Part shown: in pieces, positions 50,308-60,369 of the stretch
How the letters are laid out: the number at the start of each line of letters is the position of its first letter
How positions within the stretch are numbered: position 1 is the first letter of the stretch
NCBI GenBank assembly: GCA_008632985.1
Contig: QPGO01000122.1
Span: 1-64,000, forward strand
Length of the DNA: 64,000 nucleotides
Origin: Psammoneis japonica
Taxonomy: Eukaryota
Direction: 5' to 3'
Made by a program: the position numbers and the translations under genes
Notes under the pieces: model-generated
The model's database searches: none
Told to the model about the DNA's origin: nothing
What the model saw: the letters and a program-made list of their open reading frames with translations, nothing else

Positions 50308-51730
50308 TTAAAAGGTAGACCACAATACCACGTTGGCTCCGTCAAATGGAAGCTTGGCTGCTTGGATACTTGGGTGCTTCGCCATGAGATATTGTAGCAA
50401 ATCATTATATGTACTAACCGTTTCGCTGGAGTTGATCTTTTTCCGGTGCGGGAACAATCTACCAAAGACGCAGCACAGCACGGCTGCAAAAGGGATACGA
50501 CGCCGTACAACAACGTCAACCACCGCGTCTGTAGCTTCGTCGGGGTGGAGAGCGACAATAGCGCTACATCTGCTAATTAACGAGTCAGATGTTTCACCAT
50601 AGTAAGCAACATCGCCTTGATCTAGTTGACGAAAAGCTGTATCAACTCCGTCAGGTATGTCCCCAAACCACCCCCGAAGTGTCGAATACGGTAGACTGCA
50701 CTGAAACAGTTGTCGGAATCGGAGGTATCTGGAACAGGAGATGCATTATTTCGTTTGAGGGCTTTACTCCAAATCTTTCGGTCCCGCTTTGGAAGCTGAA
50801 TAAGATGGGAAATGATCAGGCGGGGAGAAACAGAGGCATCGCAAGAAATGCATGTTGCGTGCCGCGAGACACGGGTTAAAAGAGTCAACAATGCGTGTTT
50901 TTGGTACCTGCACAACATAAACTCACCTTACCCACAGACATCAACAACTGTCGATTGAACCCCTGCCATTCCCATTGCCATGGAGACGTGTCCTGATCCA
51001 CCAGCTGCATCAATCACCCCAGAACCCGAGTTCACGAAACGAATAGCTTGATTGCGCAAGTCTGCATTGTCAACAAGATCCGTTCCTTCCCATGCCGGAA
51101 TGCAATGTAGATTCAACCCAGCACTATCTCTTGTCATATTACGCTGGGTATTACGTAGTTTTTCCATTATGATGTGAATCAAAAAGTTTGTACCCCGTAT
51201 TCGTTTGCTGAAGCCTCCACCATGTCGTGGTGACGAGACTGAATCCTTCGCACGTTCTTTTGTTTATTTCTTGCTTTGAGATTGGATTCCATTTTCAGCT
51301 GGCACATTGTTTGATGTAAGATCATTTAATTCTTTCTGCTTTGGGTTTTTATTTGTCGCACTGGGTCATGTCCCAACATCTCGCATCGATAACTCGCATT
51401 TTCTCCTTTGTTTCTGAAATAGTATTTTTAACTTCAGGACATATCGGTCTTGCTTCCATTCAGTCATGTGCCCTTCACCGAGACTTGTTCACTCGCCGTC
51501 CTTTATATCAAACAAAACGCCCAGCTTTAAGAGACGCCTGCACCACGAGCGGAGTGGTTTGTGTTGTTCATCCGCTTCGTGACTCCTCTCGGCTTTTTCA
51601 GATTCTTCTGATGCCAAGTGAAGAATTGCATAATGTGCTCGTATTGACTGGCTAAACAATACACCGCGAACAGAACAAGCTGTCTCTGCGTTTGGCGAGT
51701 GCGGCGATAGATGAGGCCATGGCCGAGAAG
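50308..51730 (-). pseudogene. Methyltransferase-like hypothetical protein, apparently frameshifted (pseudogene or unresolved introns)
   Basis: GVIDAAGGSGHVSMA..STVVD, LPKRDRKIW and IVALHPDEATDAVVD..IPFAAVLCCVF occur in different frames. Confidence 0.55.
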
Positions 51731-51742
51731 TGTCGCGCCCAA

Positions 51743-53491
51743 CCCTTCAACCACCAGGGGAGCAAATTTCCACGGTGGAGATTTGCTCTATTTAACGATT
51801 TGTGACGTGTCATGCACCTTTATAATAATATAATGAACATAGTATTAAAATGTCATATCGCGTAGAATCTACGTAAAGTACGCCACGTGCATTTACTTAT
51901 TGGGAGCAAATCTCCACCGGTGGAGATTTGCTCCAAGGGTGTGGCATTATTGCTCTATTTGCGATAGTAATTCATGATAACCTTCATTGTTGAAGGTTGA
52001 GATTCAGTTCCTCTCTATTCATAGATGAAGCTTGCAAAAAACCCGGTGTTAAAAGTCGACATTGAACTTTCTAAATTACAAAAAGGGTTCCCCCAGATTT
52101 TCGGCGAAATGGACTATGGAGATTTGAAAAAATGGTCGCACTCGGCCTGTCCTTCCTTGCGTTCACAAAACTTGTGTAGGATTCTACGTACGTAATATTA
52201 CGTGGGGCAATACTGAAATGGCAGTTGCACCAATCCGGCCTCATTCAAATTTGCGTGAGGCCAACGCAAACGGCACTTTCACGATGATGCGGCGGCGGCG
52301 TCTTCAGTACGTTCCCGTAGCCATACCACAGTATATGCTTCTAGATGTGACAATGTGTTGGAAAGTTTGAAAGAGATCTGTCTCATTGGTGGCGTCTCTG
52401 ACGGTGTTGTTTTCAACATGAATTTGTGGACTGGACTGTGCATTGTGGCAGGGCTGAATGTGGCAGCACTGGCGGCGGCAGGAGCCTTTTACTGCTTTTG
52501 CACTGGGGGTGACTGGAGCCTGTGTGCTGCTGTCCTTTTTATCTGGTGGCGGTTGGCACCCCTGCACGATGCTGGTGCTGGTGGTGGTTGGAGCTTTTTT
52601 GCTGCCAGCCAGTGGTTGCAGTGGGAGCCTGCACATCGCTGCCACTGTGGCACTGGTGGCGGTGGGATCCTGTGTGCCACTGGCACTGGAGGCGGTTGGA
52701 GCCTTTTGCTGCTAGAACTGGCGGCAGCAGCAGCCTGTGTGCTGCTGCTGCAGCACTGGTGGCACCAGCATTCGAGGCGGTTGGATTCTTTTTATCTGGT
52801 GTTGATGGTGCCCCTGTGTGCTGCTGGCAGTGGTGGTGATTGGAGGTGTTTTGCTGCTGGCAGTGGTGGCAGTGGGAGCCTGTGTGCTGCTGGCAGTGGT
52901 GGCAGTGGGAGCCTGTGTACAACTGCTGCCACAGCAGTGGTGACGGTGGGCGCCTGCGTGCTGGCGGCACTGGAGGCGGTTGGAGCCTTTTGCTGCGGGT
53001 GCTGGTGGCAGTGGGAGCCTGTGTGCTGCTGGCACTGGCAGTGGTTGGAGCCCATGTAACACACCAACCATCGGCGGCGGGATCTTGAGATGACCGGTGA
53101 CGACTCGTGGAGAGATTGCTTGGGGGTTTCAATGCAATCACATGTTTAAAAACCAGTGCTTTAGATTGTCAACGTAGCTCTCAATGATGATGATCTCTTG
53201 TCTCTACATTCTTTTGATGATGTGGTGCAACAGTGTCTTCTTTTTAGCATCGCGGCCGATGATTCACCACACTAGCTACTTGCACCACGTCTGATTTTCA
53301 TCTCAGATGCATGGCGACAGACGGACAGTGCGACCAATTTTTCCGAATCTCCATGGTCCATGCGCGTTCCAAAACAAAATCGCGCGAATGAAACATTGTC
53401 CACATCTGAAATTACTTCATTTGCCACATTTGTGACATGAGGGAGCAAATCTCCACCCGTGGAGATTTGCTCAAGTCCGGTGGTTGAAGGG
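51743..53491. mobile_element. Non-autonomous piggyBac-like element: CCCT..AGGG ends, CCAA 4-bp TSD, subterminal 30-bp palindromes
   Basis: ccaa|CCCTTCAACCACC...GAGCAAATTTCCACGGTGGAGATTTGCTC and GAGCAAATCTCCACCCGTGGAGATTTGCTC...GGTGGTTGAAGGG|ccaa. A perfect palindrome lies at 51904-51933. Confidence 0.8.
52440..53055. repeat. Degenerate ~33-bp minisatellite (GCTGGCAGTGGTGGCAGTGGGAGCCTGTGTGCT)
   Basis: Many imperfect head-to-tail units inside the piggyBac-like element. Confidence 0.85.
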
Positions 53492-53499
53492 CCAAGGTG

Positions 53500-54460
53500 T
53501 CCATGGGGTTGGTGGTTGTTGTGGTGGGGAAACAGGTGGTGGAGGAGGGCGTGCGTAGCGCGCTGGGAGAGGGAGAGAAAAAGGGTTGGCCGCGGGTGCA
53601 GACAGATGGTCGTGAGGAGGAGTTGGTGATGGTGGGATGGTGGAGGAGGAAAGCTTGACATGCAGAGAGATGGTTGGAGAGAGCAAAGCCAAAATTGAGA
53701 CTGAGGATTTGGGAAGCCCAGAGCAGGGGTGTTGCTGCATGACAGGAGGAGCCGAAGTGATCGGGTGAAAGTTGTTTCCAGGCCGCGTTGGATTGGGCAA
53801 GGAGGTTGGAAGGAGCCAAAAGGGAGTTGGTGCAGGCAGAAAAGGATGCTTGCAAGTTGGATGAAGAGGATGGGCTGGACCAGGGCGGTTTGGGAGGGAG
53901 GGGCGGGACGGAGGAAGAGGCAGTGGTGGAAGCGCCAAAGAAAAAGACATGGAAGTGATGTCCAATGCCTCCAAGGTGGTCGAAGGTAAAAGGGAGGAGG
54001 AAGAGGCCTGCTTGGTTGATGGCGTCAATGATGTCAGAGCCATGAGCAGAGGATGTAGAACGGCCGAGGAGCTTGTCCCGAGTGCTGCTGAGGTGAGCCT
54101 TGTTGAGCGGGTTTTCAGGGACAGGCAAACCAGGTGCAGGAGGCGGGGGAGCGGGCAGTGCGGTGACATCAATTGCTGGGAATTGGTGGGTGGATGGGGC
54201 GTTTGGTGGTGTGGAGCCGGGAGCAAGTTGGATGCCGATGTCGGCGGGGCGTTTTGGAGGGTGGTTGGGTGGGAGTCCGGCAGGGTTGAGGTGGACTTGT
54301 TGGCGAGACCGGCAGAGACTGCACATGGGGCCAAGGGTTTCGATGACAGTGTAGATGGTGTCACGGATGTGGTTGGACAGAGGGCCTTTGTGCATTTTGG
54401 AGCAGGCAAAGGCGTGATCGCCGTGCGGGTCGGGGCGGGTGTGGCCGCACCCGCTTGTTG
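53500..54460 (-). mobile_element. 3' fragment of an RLE-type (CRE/R2-like) non-LTR retrotransposon
   Basis: CG..DPHGDHAFAC...SNHIRD...RPADI...AIDVT...LLPFTFDHLGGIG (zinc knuckle plus PD-(D/E)xK-type endonuclease). Confidence 0.78.
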
Positions 54461-56314
54461 CGCGTAAATCACGCTCACTGCACTGCGCGCTTTGCTGCCG
54501 CACCTGCCTGCCTGCTTGCCTGCCTTCTTGCTCATCCCGGCCATCTGTCCGCACTGCCGGCTCCGCCTTTTTTCCGCGGCCGCCCCTGCAGCTCGTCGCG
54601 TGATGACTCACTCAACCACCATCCGTTTCTGTTTGTCACACCAACACAAACTCTTTCACAAAGTGTCACTTGCTGGGTGAACAACAGTGTGCAAGAACTC
54701 GTTGCTTTGTCCAAGGAGGAGTGCTGTCCACAGGTGAAAAAAAAAACACACAAGCAGAGGAAGCTGGGCGACACAAACAAAACAGGGATGATGTGAGCAG
54801 CAAGGTTCGCCCACCGCGGTGGTTTTGAGTCAAATCACATTCAGCAAGATGACCAGATCACTTGCAGAAATTGATCAGCTGCTCTCAAAATGACCAGCAA
54901 GATTTGCCAAACAGCACCCCCCCACCCACCCCCCGGCTCGCGCCTCCTCCACTTCAGCTTGGCTCTGCGTGCATTCTAGCCACACAACTGTGCTTGGGGA
55001 CAGATTCAGAAAAAACAACATTTGATCTTTTGTGCCATCAACAGCATGTCACAGATGCCAGATCAAATGCCAATGATGGCACAGCAGCAATGACCTGAGT
55101 TGGCAATGTTGCATTGACTCCACACCCATCACTCTGCCCATCTGCCCGCTGCATGCTTGATCCCCTGCCTTGGTGCCACTGCCAACACTGAGCATGCATG
55201 ATGCACTTCAATGACAATCAAAAGGATGCACTCCAGGAGCCAAGCCCCCCAGCTGGTGCCTGCTCAATGGAGCAGTTCATTGACAGTTTGACTGCAGTGC
55301 CCTGCACAGCAGGCATCTCATTCTCACAATGCCCTCTTGTGCATGTTGGCAGCACCTTTTCATGAGAACAAGACTGCAGTGTGAAGCACTCAAAGCAACT
55401 TGTGCCAGAGAGGCCAGCTCCATTGTGTTGGCTGGCTCAGCTTGTGTGCTGCAGGCTGCAGGCACTGTGGCCCAATGATTGGCCAGTTTGACAACTGACA
55501 GAAGTTCTGCTGCTCAACTGTTTGTTCCGTCATCTCTGGCAACTGCCCATGTTGGAACTTCAATCAGTTGATGACTTCATCAAGCACACAAAGTTTTTGT
55601 CCAACATTGCCAACCTGCTCATTTTTTCCATTCAAGCCCTTGAGCCTGCTGCAACATGATGAGTGTGCTCATTTTCTTCTTCTTCTCTGCCAAATGTCCA
55701 TTTTCCATCCATGCCATTTGCAAATCATGAGCTGCTTGCCTTGCTGAGTGCACCTCCTTCTCTTTGGGGGGCTCGCTTGTCCTCAGCACAACATCATGAG
55801 TGGGGCCACTGGGTTGGCTGACTTCCAACATGAAAGTCAGCCTTGGCACACATCTGCTGCCTTTCAATGCTGGGACTCTCTTGGCTCAAGATGTGGCTGC
55901 ACATCGTTGCACACTTGTCTTTGCCAGTGGGGGCAAGTTTCAGAAAATGTTTTCTGTGTGCCAGAGCACGGCAAAAACAGGTTGCGAGATGGCGAGTGTG
56001 CTGCAGTGTTCAAAAGAAGTTGAGAAGGCACAACAGCAGGCAACAGAGAGCATCAAAATAGCTCACCCAAGTAACAATTCATTTCCGCTGCATGTGCTCT
56101 TCCAGCGGATCGGTCCCACAAAGCAACCAAATCAGAAGCATGGAGATTCCACATTCCTCTTCGCAAGCACGTTGGCCCCTTGCGACCGCACCGACCCAGC
56201 CACAGACCTCCCAAGCCGGGAGTGGCACCGACGACCACATGCTGAATGCGACCTACCAGCCACCATGGACCTTTGACTTGTCACACTCAGACTTGTGCCT
56301 TTGTAGTAGCGACC

Positions 56315-57232
56315 ATGAAACTGATTTGTTTGTGCTGGATGTGGATAGGTTGGATCGCTGGATCTCTGAGCGTAGCCACGTGTTTTTCTGCACCCGGTTC
56401 AAATAATAATGAATCCAGCGGTGCCTCCAAGGAGAATTCGCTCTTTGACAGATTTCGTTCAGTTTGTCCTGCCGATGAAAGATGCATCAGAGCCTTTGAT
56501 AAATCCCTTGTGAGCGACGACACTGACAATAAAGACAGCGATGATGTATGGGTGGCTGTCTATCGGTCTAGCAACAACAAACCCTCGGTGATCATCAAGG
56601 ATGAGTTTCTAAATGCAATGAGGATTGCCACCGAAACCGTATCACCCGGCAGTCAAGTCATGACTGGAACCGACGGCAGTACTGATTTGATTGAAAAAAA
56701 TAAATATTCCTACGAAGAAACGCCAGTTGCGGTAGCAAGGTTGCGTCCTTCACCTGATTTCGAAGGAGCGTGGCTTATGGATTCCATGCGATGTTTGCTC
56801 AAAAAAGAAAATACCGACGAAGAATGCGATGGTGGATCAGAACACACCGAAGCCTTGGGAGTGGGTATAGATTCTTTGTTATTGCATCATCTCAGTACGC
56901 AAACTGGGTTTGAAGGAGCGATAAGAACGAAAGCTACCTTAGTGTCGGGAAATCTGCTAGAGGAGCGAGGGTTCTCACCAGTAGACTTTCTTTCGAAAGA
57001 CATGGCATCACACGTTTCATCCGTTGACGCCTGCATCGAGGGATACTCGAAAAGACTTGTAATGCAAGGGGCCAGGAATCCTGGTACGCGTGATCGTGCA
57101 CTACAAATCATAAGCTTGCTTGGAAGGCTTGATCCCGAGGAACAGCAGAAGCTAAGGGACCAGCAGACCGGCCAGGACGACAAGAAAGATGACGACTACG
57201 ATCCCTGGGCAAACGTCAAGAAATACATATAA
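56315..57232 (+). CDS. Hypothetical protein with signal peptide, possibly plastid-targeted
   Basis: Intact ORF with normal composition. Hydrophobic N-terminus followed by ATC|FSAP, an ASAFAP-like cleavage motif. Confidence 0.75.
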   Translation: MKLICLCWMWIGWIAGSLSVATCFSAPGSNNNESSGASKENSLFDRFRSVCPADERCIRAFDKSLVSDDTDNKDSDDVWVAVYRSSNNKPSVIIKDEFLNAMRIATETVSPGSQVMTGTDGSTDLIEKNKYSYEETPVAVARLRPSPDFEGAWLMDSMRCLLKKENTDEECDGGSEHTEALGVGIDSLLLHHLSTQTGFEGAIRTKATLVSGNLLEERGFSPVDFLSKDMASHVSSVDACIEGYSKRLVMQGARNPGTRDRALQIISLLGRLDPEEQQKLRDQQTGQDDKKDDDYDPWANVKKYI

Positions 57233-57350
57233 CCTTTGAAAGCTCTATGACTGGCGATCAACCACCAGTCTACGCTGCCAATCGCATTCCGCTTGGCTTC
57301 CTGATTGCCAAGAAGGATTTAAATTGAACATAATAATTCAAACAGATCAG

Positions 57351-58496
57351 CTATTTCTCTTGCAACCAGTTTCGCCATTTTGCTTGGCTCTTTTCTTCCC
57401 GTTGACTCTTGTACCATTCGATGTGCTCAATTCCGGACATCTCAATTCCATCTATTATAGTTTGCAGCGGCAGTATGGAGAACGGCTCTTCGAGCTGCAC
57501 AGCCAGTTCTTCAACACCAAAGAAGAAAAAGGCAATCAGCACAGAAGCTGGTATCATTGCCACATGATACCATGATGATTCAAACTTTGGATAGAGTGCA
57601 AGCGGCAGTAGCAGCAAGAATAGCGCCAAGAAGCGAGCCGTGTGACGAGTGTACAAGAGTGGTACCGGTGATGAGAAGATTCTCTCACAGGATCCACAAG
57701 CGTTACACAGTTCAATCGTTCCCTTTTCTACCTCTAATCTTCGCAAATACTCAAGAGGCAACTCTTCAATCGCACTTGAGAGTTCGTATTGTGCCCGTGT
57801 TGGCTTGTGACGTGCATCAAGCATTTCTTGTGCAAGTTCTGGTGGGAGTCGCTCCCTCAAGTCTTTTTCAAAGTCCTCGGCGTCGTCAATTCCATACAAG
57901 TGACGCTGAAGGGATCTTGGGACTAACCATACGGCTACCGCAAGTCGTTCCATGACATCATCGTCTATGCGATTCTCATTGCTCCAAGAGAACGTCATTC
58001 TCAATATGCTACGGCAATTGTTGACGATACTTCCCCACGCCTTGCGTCCATCCAACCATCGACTGTAACTCGAGTTGGTTCGGAACACCAACAAAAGTGC
58101 TAGTGCAGAACTAGATAAGGTGAATGGATCGATTGGCAGGCACAAAATAGGCAATTCCTGTTGTTCTTGTTGAGCATATGCATTCCACAGCACAACCACA
58201 ACTGAAACTACTGCGACGCTAATCACTTCTTTCGCCAGCTGACGCGCAACGCCCGATCCGAAAATAGTTTTCAAGTTTCGAAGAAAGCGATCCGAGGACC
58301 GGTGCCGCAGCCAATCTTTTTCTGTGTAATACGTTCTGCGAAATTTTCGACTGACTTCTGAATAAGACTTTTCGTAAGGCGTCGTGGCATGAGTCCTTGT
58401 CAATCTCGGAGAAACTTTTTTGCAAGGAGGAAGCGTCCAAGATTGACCGGAATAAGCCGTTGTGATGAAGACTAAAGTCAACAATTTCCAAATCAT
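57351..58496 (-). CDS. Bestrophin/UPF0187 (VCCN-like) anion channel, probably thylakoid-targeted
   Basis: LLLVFRTNSSYSRWLDGRKAWG, CERIFSSPVPLLYTRHTARFL and GVEELAVQLEEPFSILP. Signal peptide with GQS|W bipartite-like motif. Confidence 0.92.
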   Translation of the reverse strand: MIWKLLTLVFITTAYSGQSWTLPPCKKVSPRLTRTHATTPYEKSYSEVSRKFRRTYYTEKDWLRHRSSDRFLRNLKTIFGSGVARQLAKEVISVAVVSVVVVLWNAYAQQEQQELPILCLPIDPFTLSSSALALLLVFRTNSSYSRWLDGRKAWGSIVNNCRSILRMTFSWSNENRIDDDVMERLAVAVWLVPRSLQRHLYGIDDAEDFEKDLRERLPPELAQEMLDARHKPTRAQYELSSAIEELPLEYLRRLEVEKGTIELCNACGSCERIFSSPVPLLYTRHTARFLALFLLLLPLALYPKFESSWYHVAMIPASVLIAFFFFGVEELAVQLEEPFSILPLQTIIDGIEMSGIEHIEWYKSQREEKSQAKWRNWLQEK

Positions 58497-58692
58497 TCTT
58501 ATCCCAGCTTCTTATCTTGTTGAAATGAGATGTATGATGCCGCCCCCCTTGAATGCGAAGGCAGCAGGTTGGAAGTTGAAAAATGAGGAGTTCTTCCTTC
58601 GGATCTGGTCGGTGTATAAACCCTTTCAGTTTTCAGAAAAAGGCCAAACCACAGCATGCCGTACATAAGATACGTAGAATTCTACGTCAACA

Positions 58693-59458
58693 CTTTACCG
58701 TGTTGTAAATCAAAATCACGTGGTGAAAGCACGGTGAAAAGTTTGAGGGGTGGAGAACGTCCACATGAGCAATGCAAGCGGTTTAACGTTATACAACTGT
58801 TGCTCGACACATGTAAATGTTATGTAACTCGAAACTTTCGCTAGTAGAGATGTTAAATCGAAAATTTTGGACAATCCTTGTTTCACCACGGTAAAGTACG
58901 GTGAATCGCTCGCCAAATTGCCGCGCAAATCGCTACTACAAATTGCAAAACAATTGCGCGATACACGTGCCCGAAGGTCGAATATCGTTGCCCGAAGCAA
59001 CATTCTTCCTTCGCGCAGATGTCCATTCTACATAGCACATGGTATTGAAAATCTCATTGTAGTCGCATGAGTCGTTGAAGTAATTTCATCAATGACCTCT
59101 GTGGTACTGTGCTACGTGATCTACACAAATCGGACATTCTCGAATGCTGGTATATTTTCTACGGTCTCTACGTGCGCGAAGCTCGAATTTCGTGCCCGAA
59201 GCAACAATCACCCTTCGGGCACGTGTATCGCGCAATTGTTCAGCAATTCGTAGTAGCAATTAACTAGAGATACTTTATGAGGCTCTAAATGACTAATAAA
59301 GTAGATTCCTTCGGTAGAAGATCATTGCGTATTGTCAAGTATGTCTATTCAATCAATTTGTATAGTCAAGATACGTCCCGGTGTTAAACAGGGCAGATAA
59401 TAGATTGTCTCTTTCCTTCGTGCTTTCGCCGTGGTTTCCATTTTTTAACACGGTGAAG
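58693..59458. mobile_element. Nested MITE cluster: outer CTTTACCGTG/CACGGT(A/G)AAG ends and an inner element with 46-bp IR (58932-58977 / 59212-59257)
   Basis: ca|CTTTACCGTGTT pairs with CACGGTAAAG|ta (58896) and AACACGGTGAAG|ta (59458). GCTACTACAAATTGCAAAACAATTGCGCGATACACGTGCCCGAAGG pairs with its reverse complement with 3 mismatches. Confidence 0.78.
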
Positions 59459-59691
59459 TACGTACGTAATTTTGTACCAAGCGCTACAGCATGCTGTGGT
59501 TTTGCTGACTGAAAGGGTTTATGTGCGGCCGGCGTGCGTGGTCGCGGATCTTGTCGGATCTTCGTGAGTCGCGAGGTCTGAGGTCCAGATAAAAACCATC
59601 AGAGGTCGCCCTGGCACACGGGCTTGGGAAAGTCTGATTCTTCAGTGCAGACACGCAAGGCTCCATGCCTCATCTTGGAGATAAATTTGTG

Positions 59692-60249
59692 CTCAGCACA
59701 TTTAAAAATCAGCACTTCAAAAGAAAACATCAGCACCTTTTTTTTAAATTTCCAGCACTGTGAAAACTTTTTGCATGCCGACAAATTCTGAGGCACCGCC
59801 TCTGCTCAGCACCCAACATGACAACACCACAACAATGGCACGGGTGCCGTTCGTTGAACACAGTGGGGGTGATCCAGTGTTGAAATTGCTTTGTGAGATT
59901 GTCACACATGTTGTTTGTGACAAACTTGCGAAGAGACTTGGGCGCTGGAGCACCTCCATTGGTTCAATGGGGAGTGGCGTTTGTGTGCCGTTGTCATGGT
60001 GTCATTTGCACAGTGAGCACAAATGCTCGTGGCTGTTTTTTCCACAAATGATTCATTGTTCAGCAAAGACATGGCCCATTCCAGTTGCTTTCTGCAGCAC
60101 ACATGTGAAAAACAAGGGCATTCAAAGGTGCTCGGTTTTTAAAAAAGGCGCTGGTTTTTTGCATCGTTTTTAAAAGGTGTTGAAAATGAATGAAGGTGCT
60201 GACTTTTTGGGCTCTTTACAAAAGGTGCCTGATTTTTAAAGGTGCTGAG
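59692..60249. mobile_element. Stowaway/Tc1-type MITE with CTCAGCAC TIRs
   Basis: tg|CTCAGCACATTTAAAAATCAG ... CTGATTTTTAAAGGTGCTGAG|ca, with repeated CAGCAC/GTGCTG subterminal motifs. Confidence 0.75.
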
Positions 60250-60369
60250 CACAGCATTGTGTCTTGGAGAGGTGTCTGGCACAGACACACTTGGCACGTT
60301 CCAAATGCCCTTGACCAGGTTGTGCCGACTCCCCCCGTTTGTTTCTCCTGTCATGTCCCAAGCTTGCTT

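Noticed and set aside
52440..53055. CRISPR-like array
   Set aside because: Head-to-tail degenerate minisatellite without unique spacers; no cas genes; eukaryotic context.
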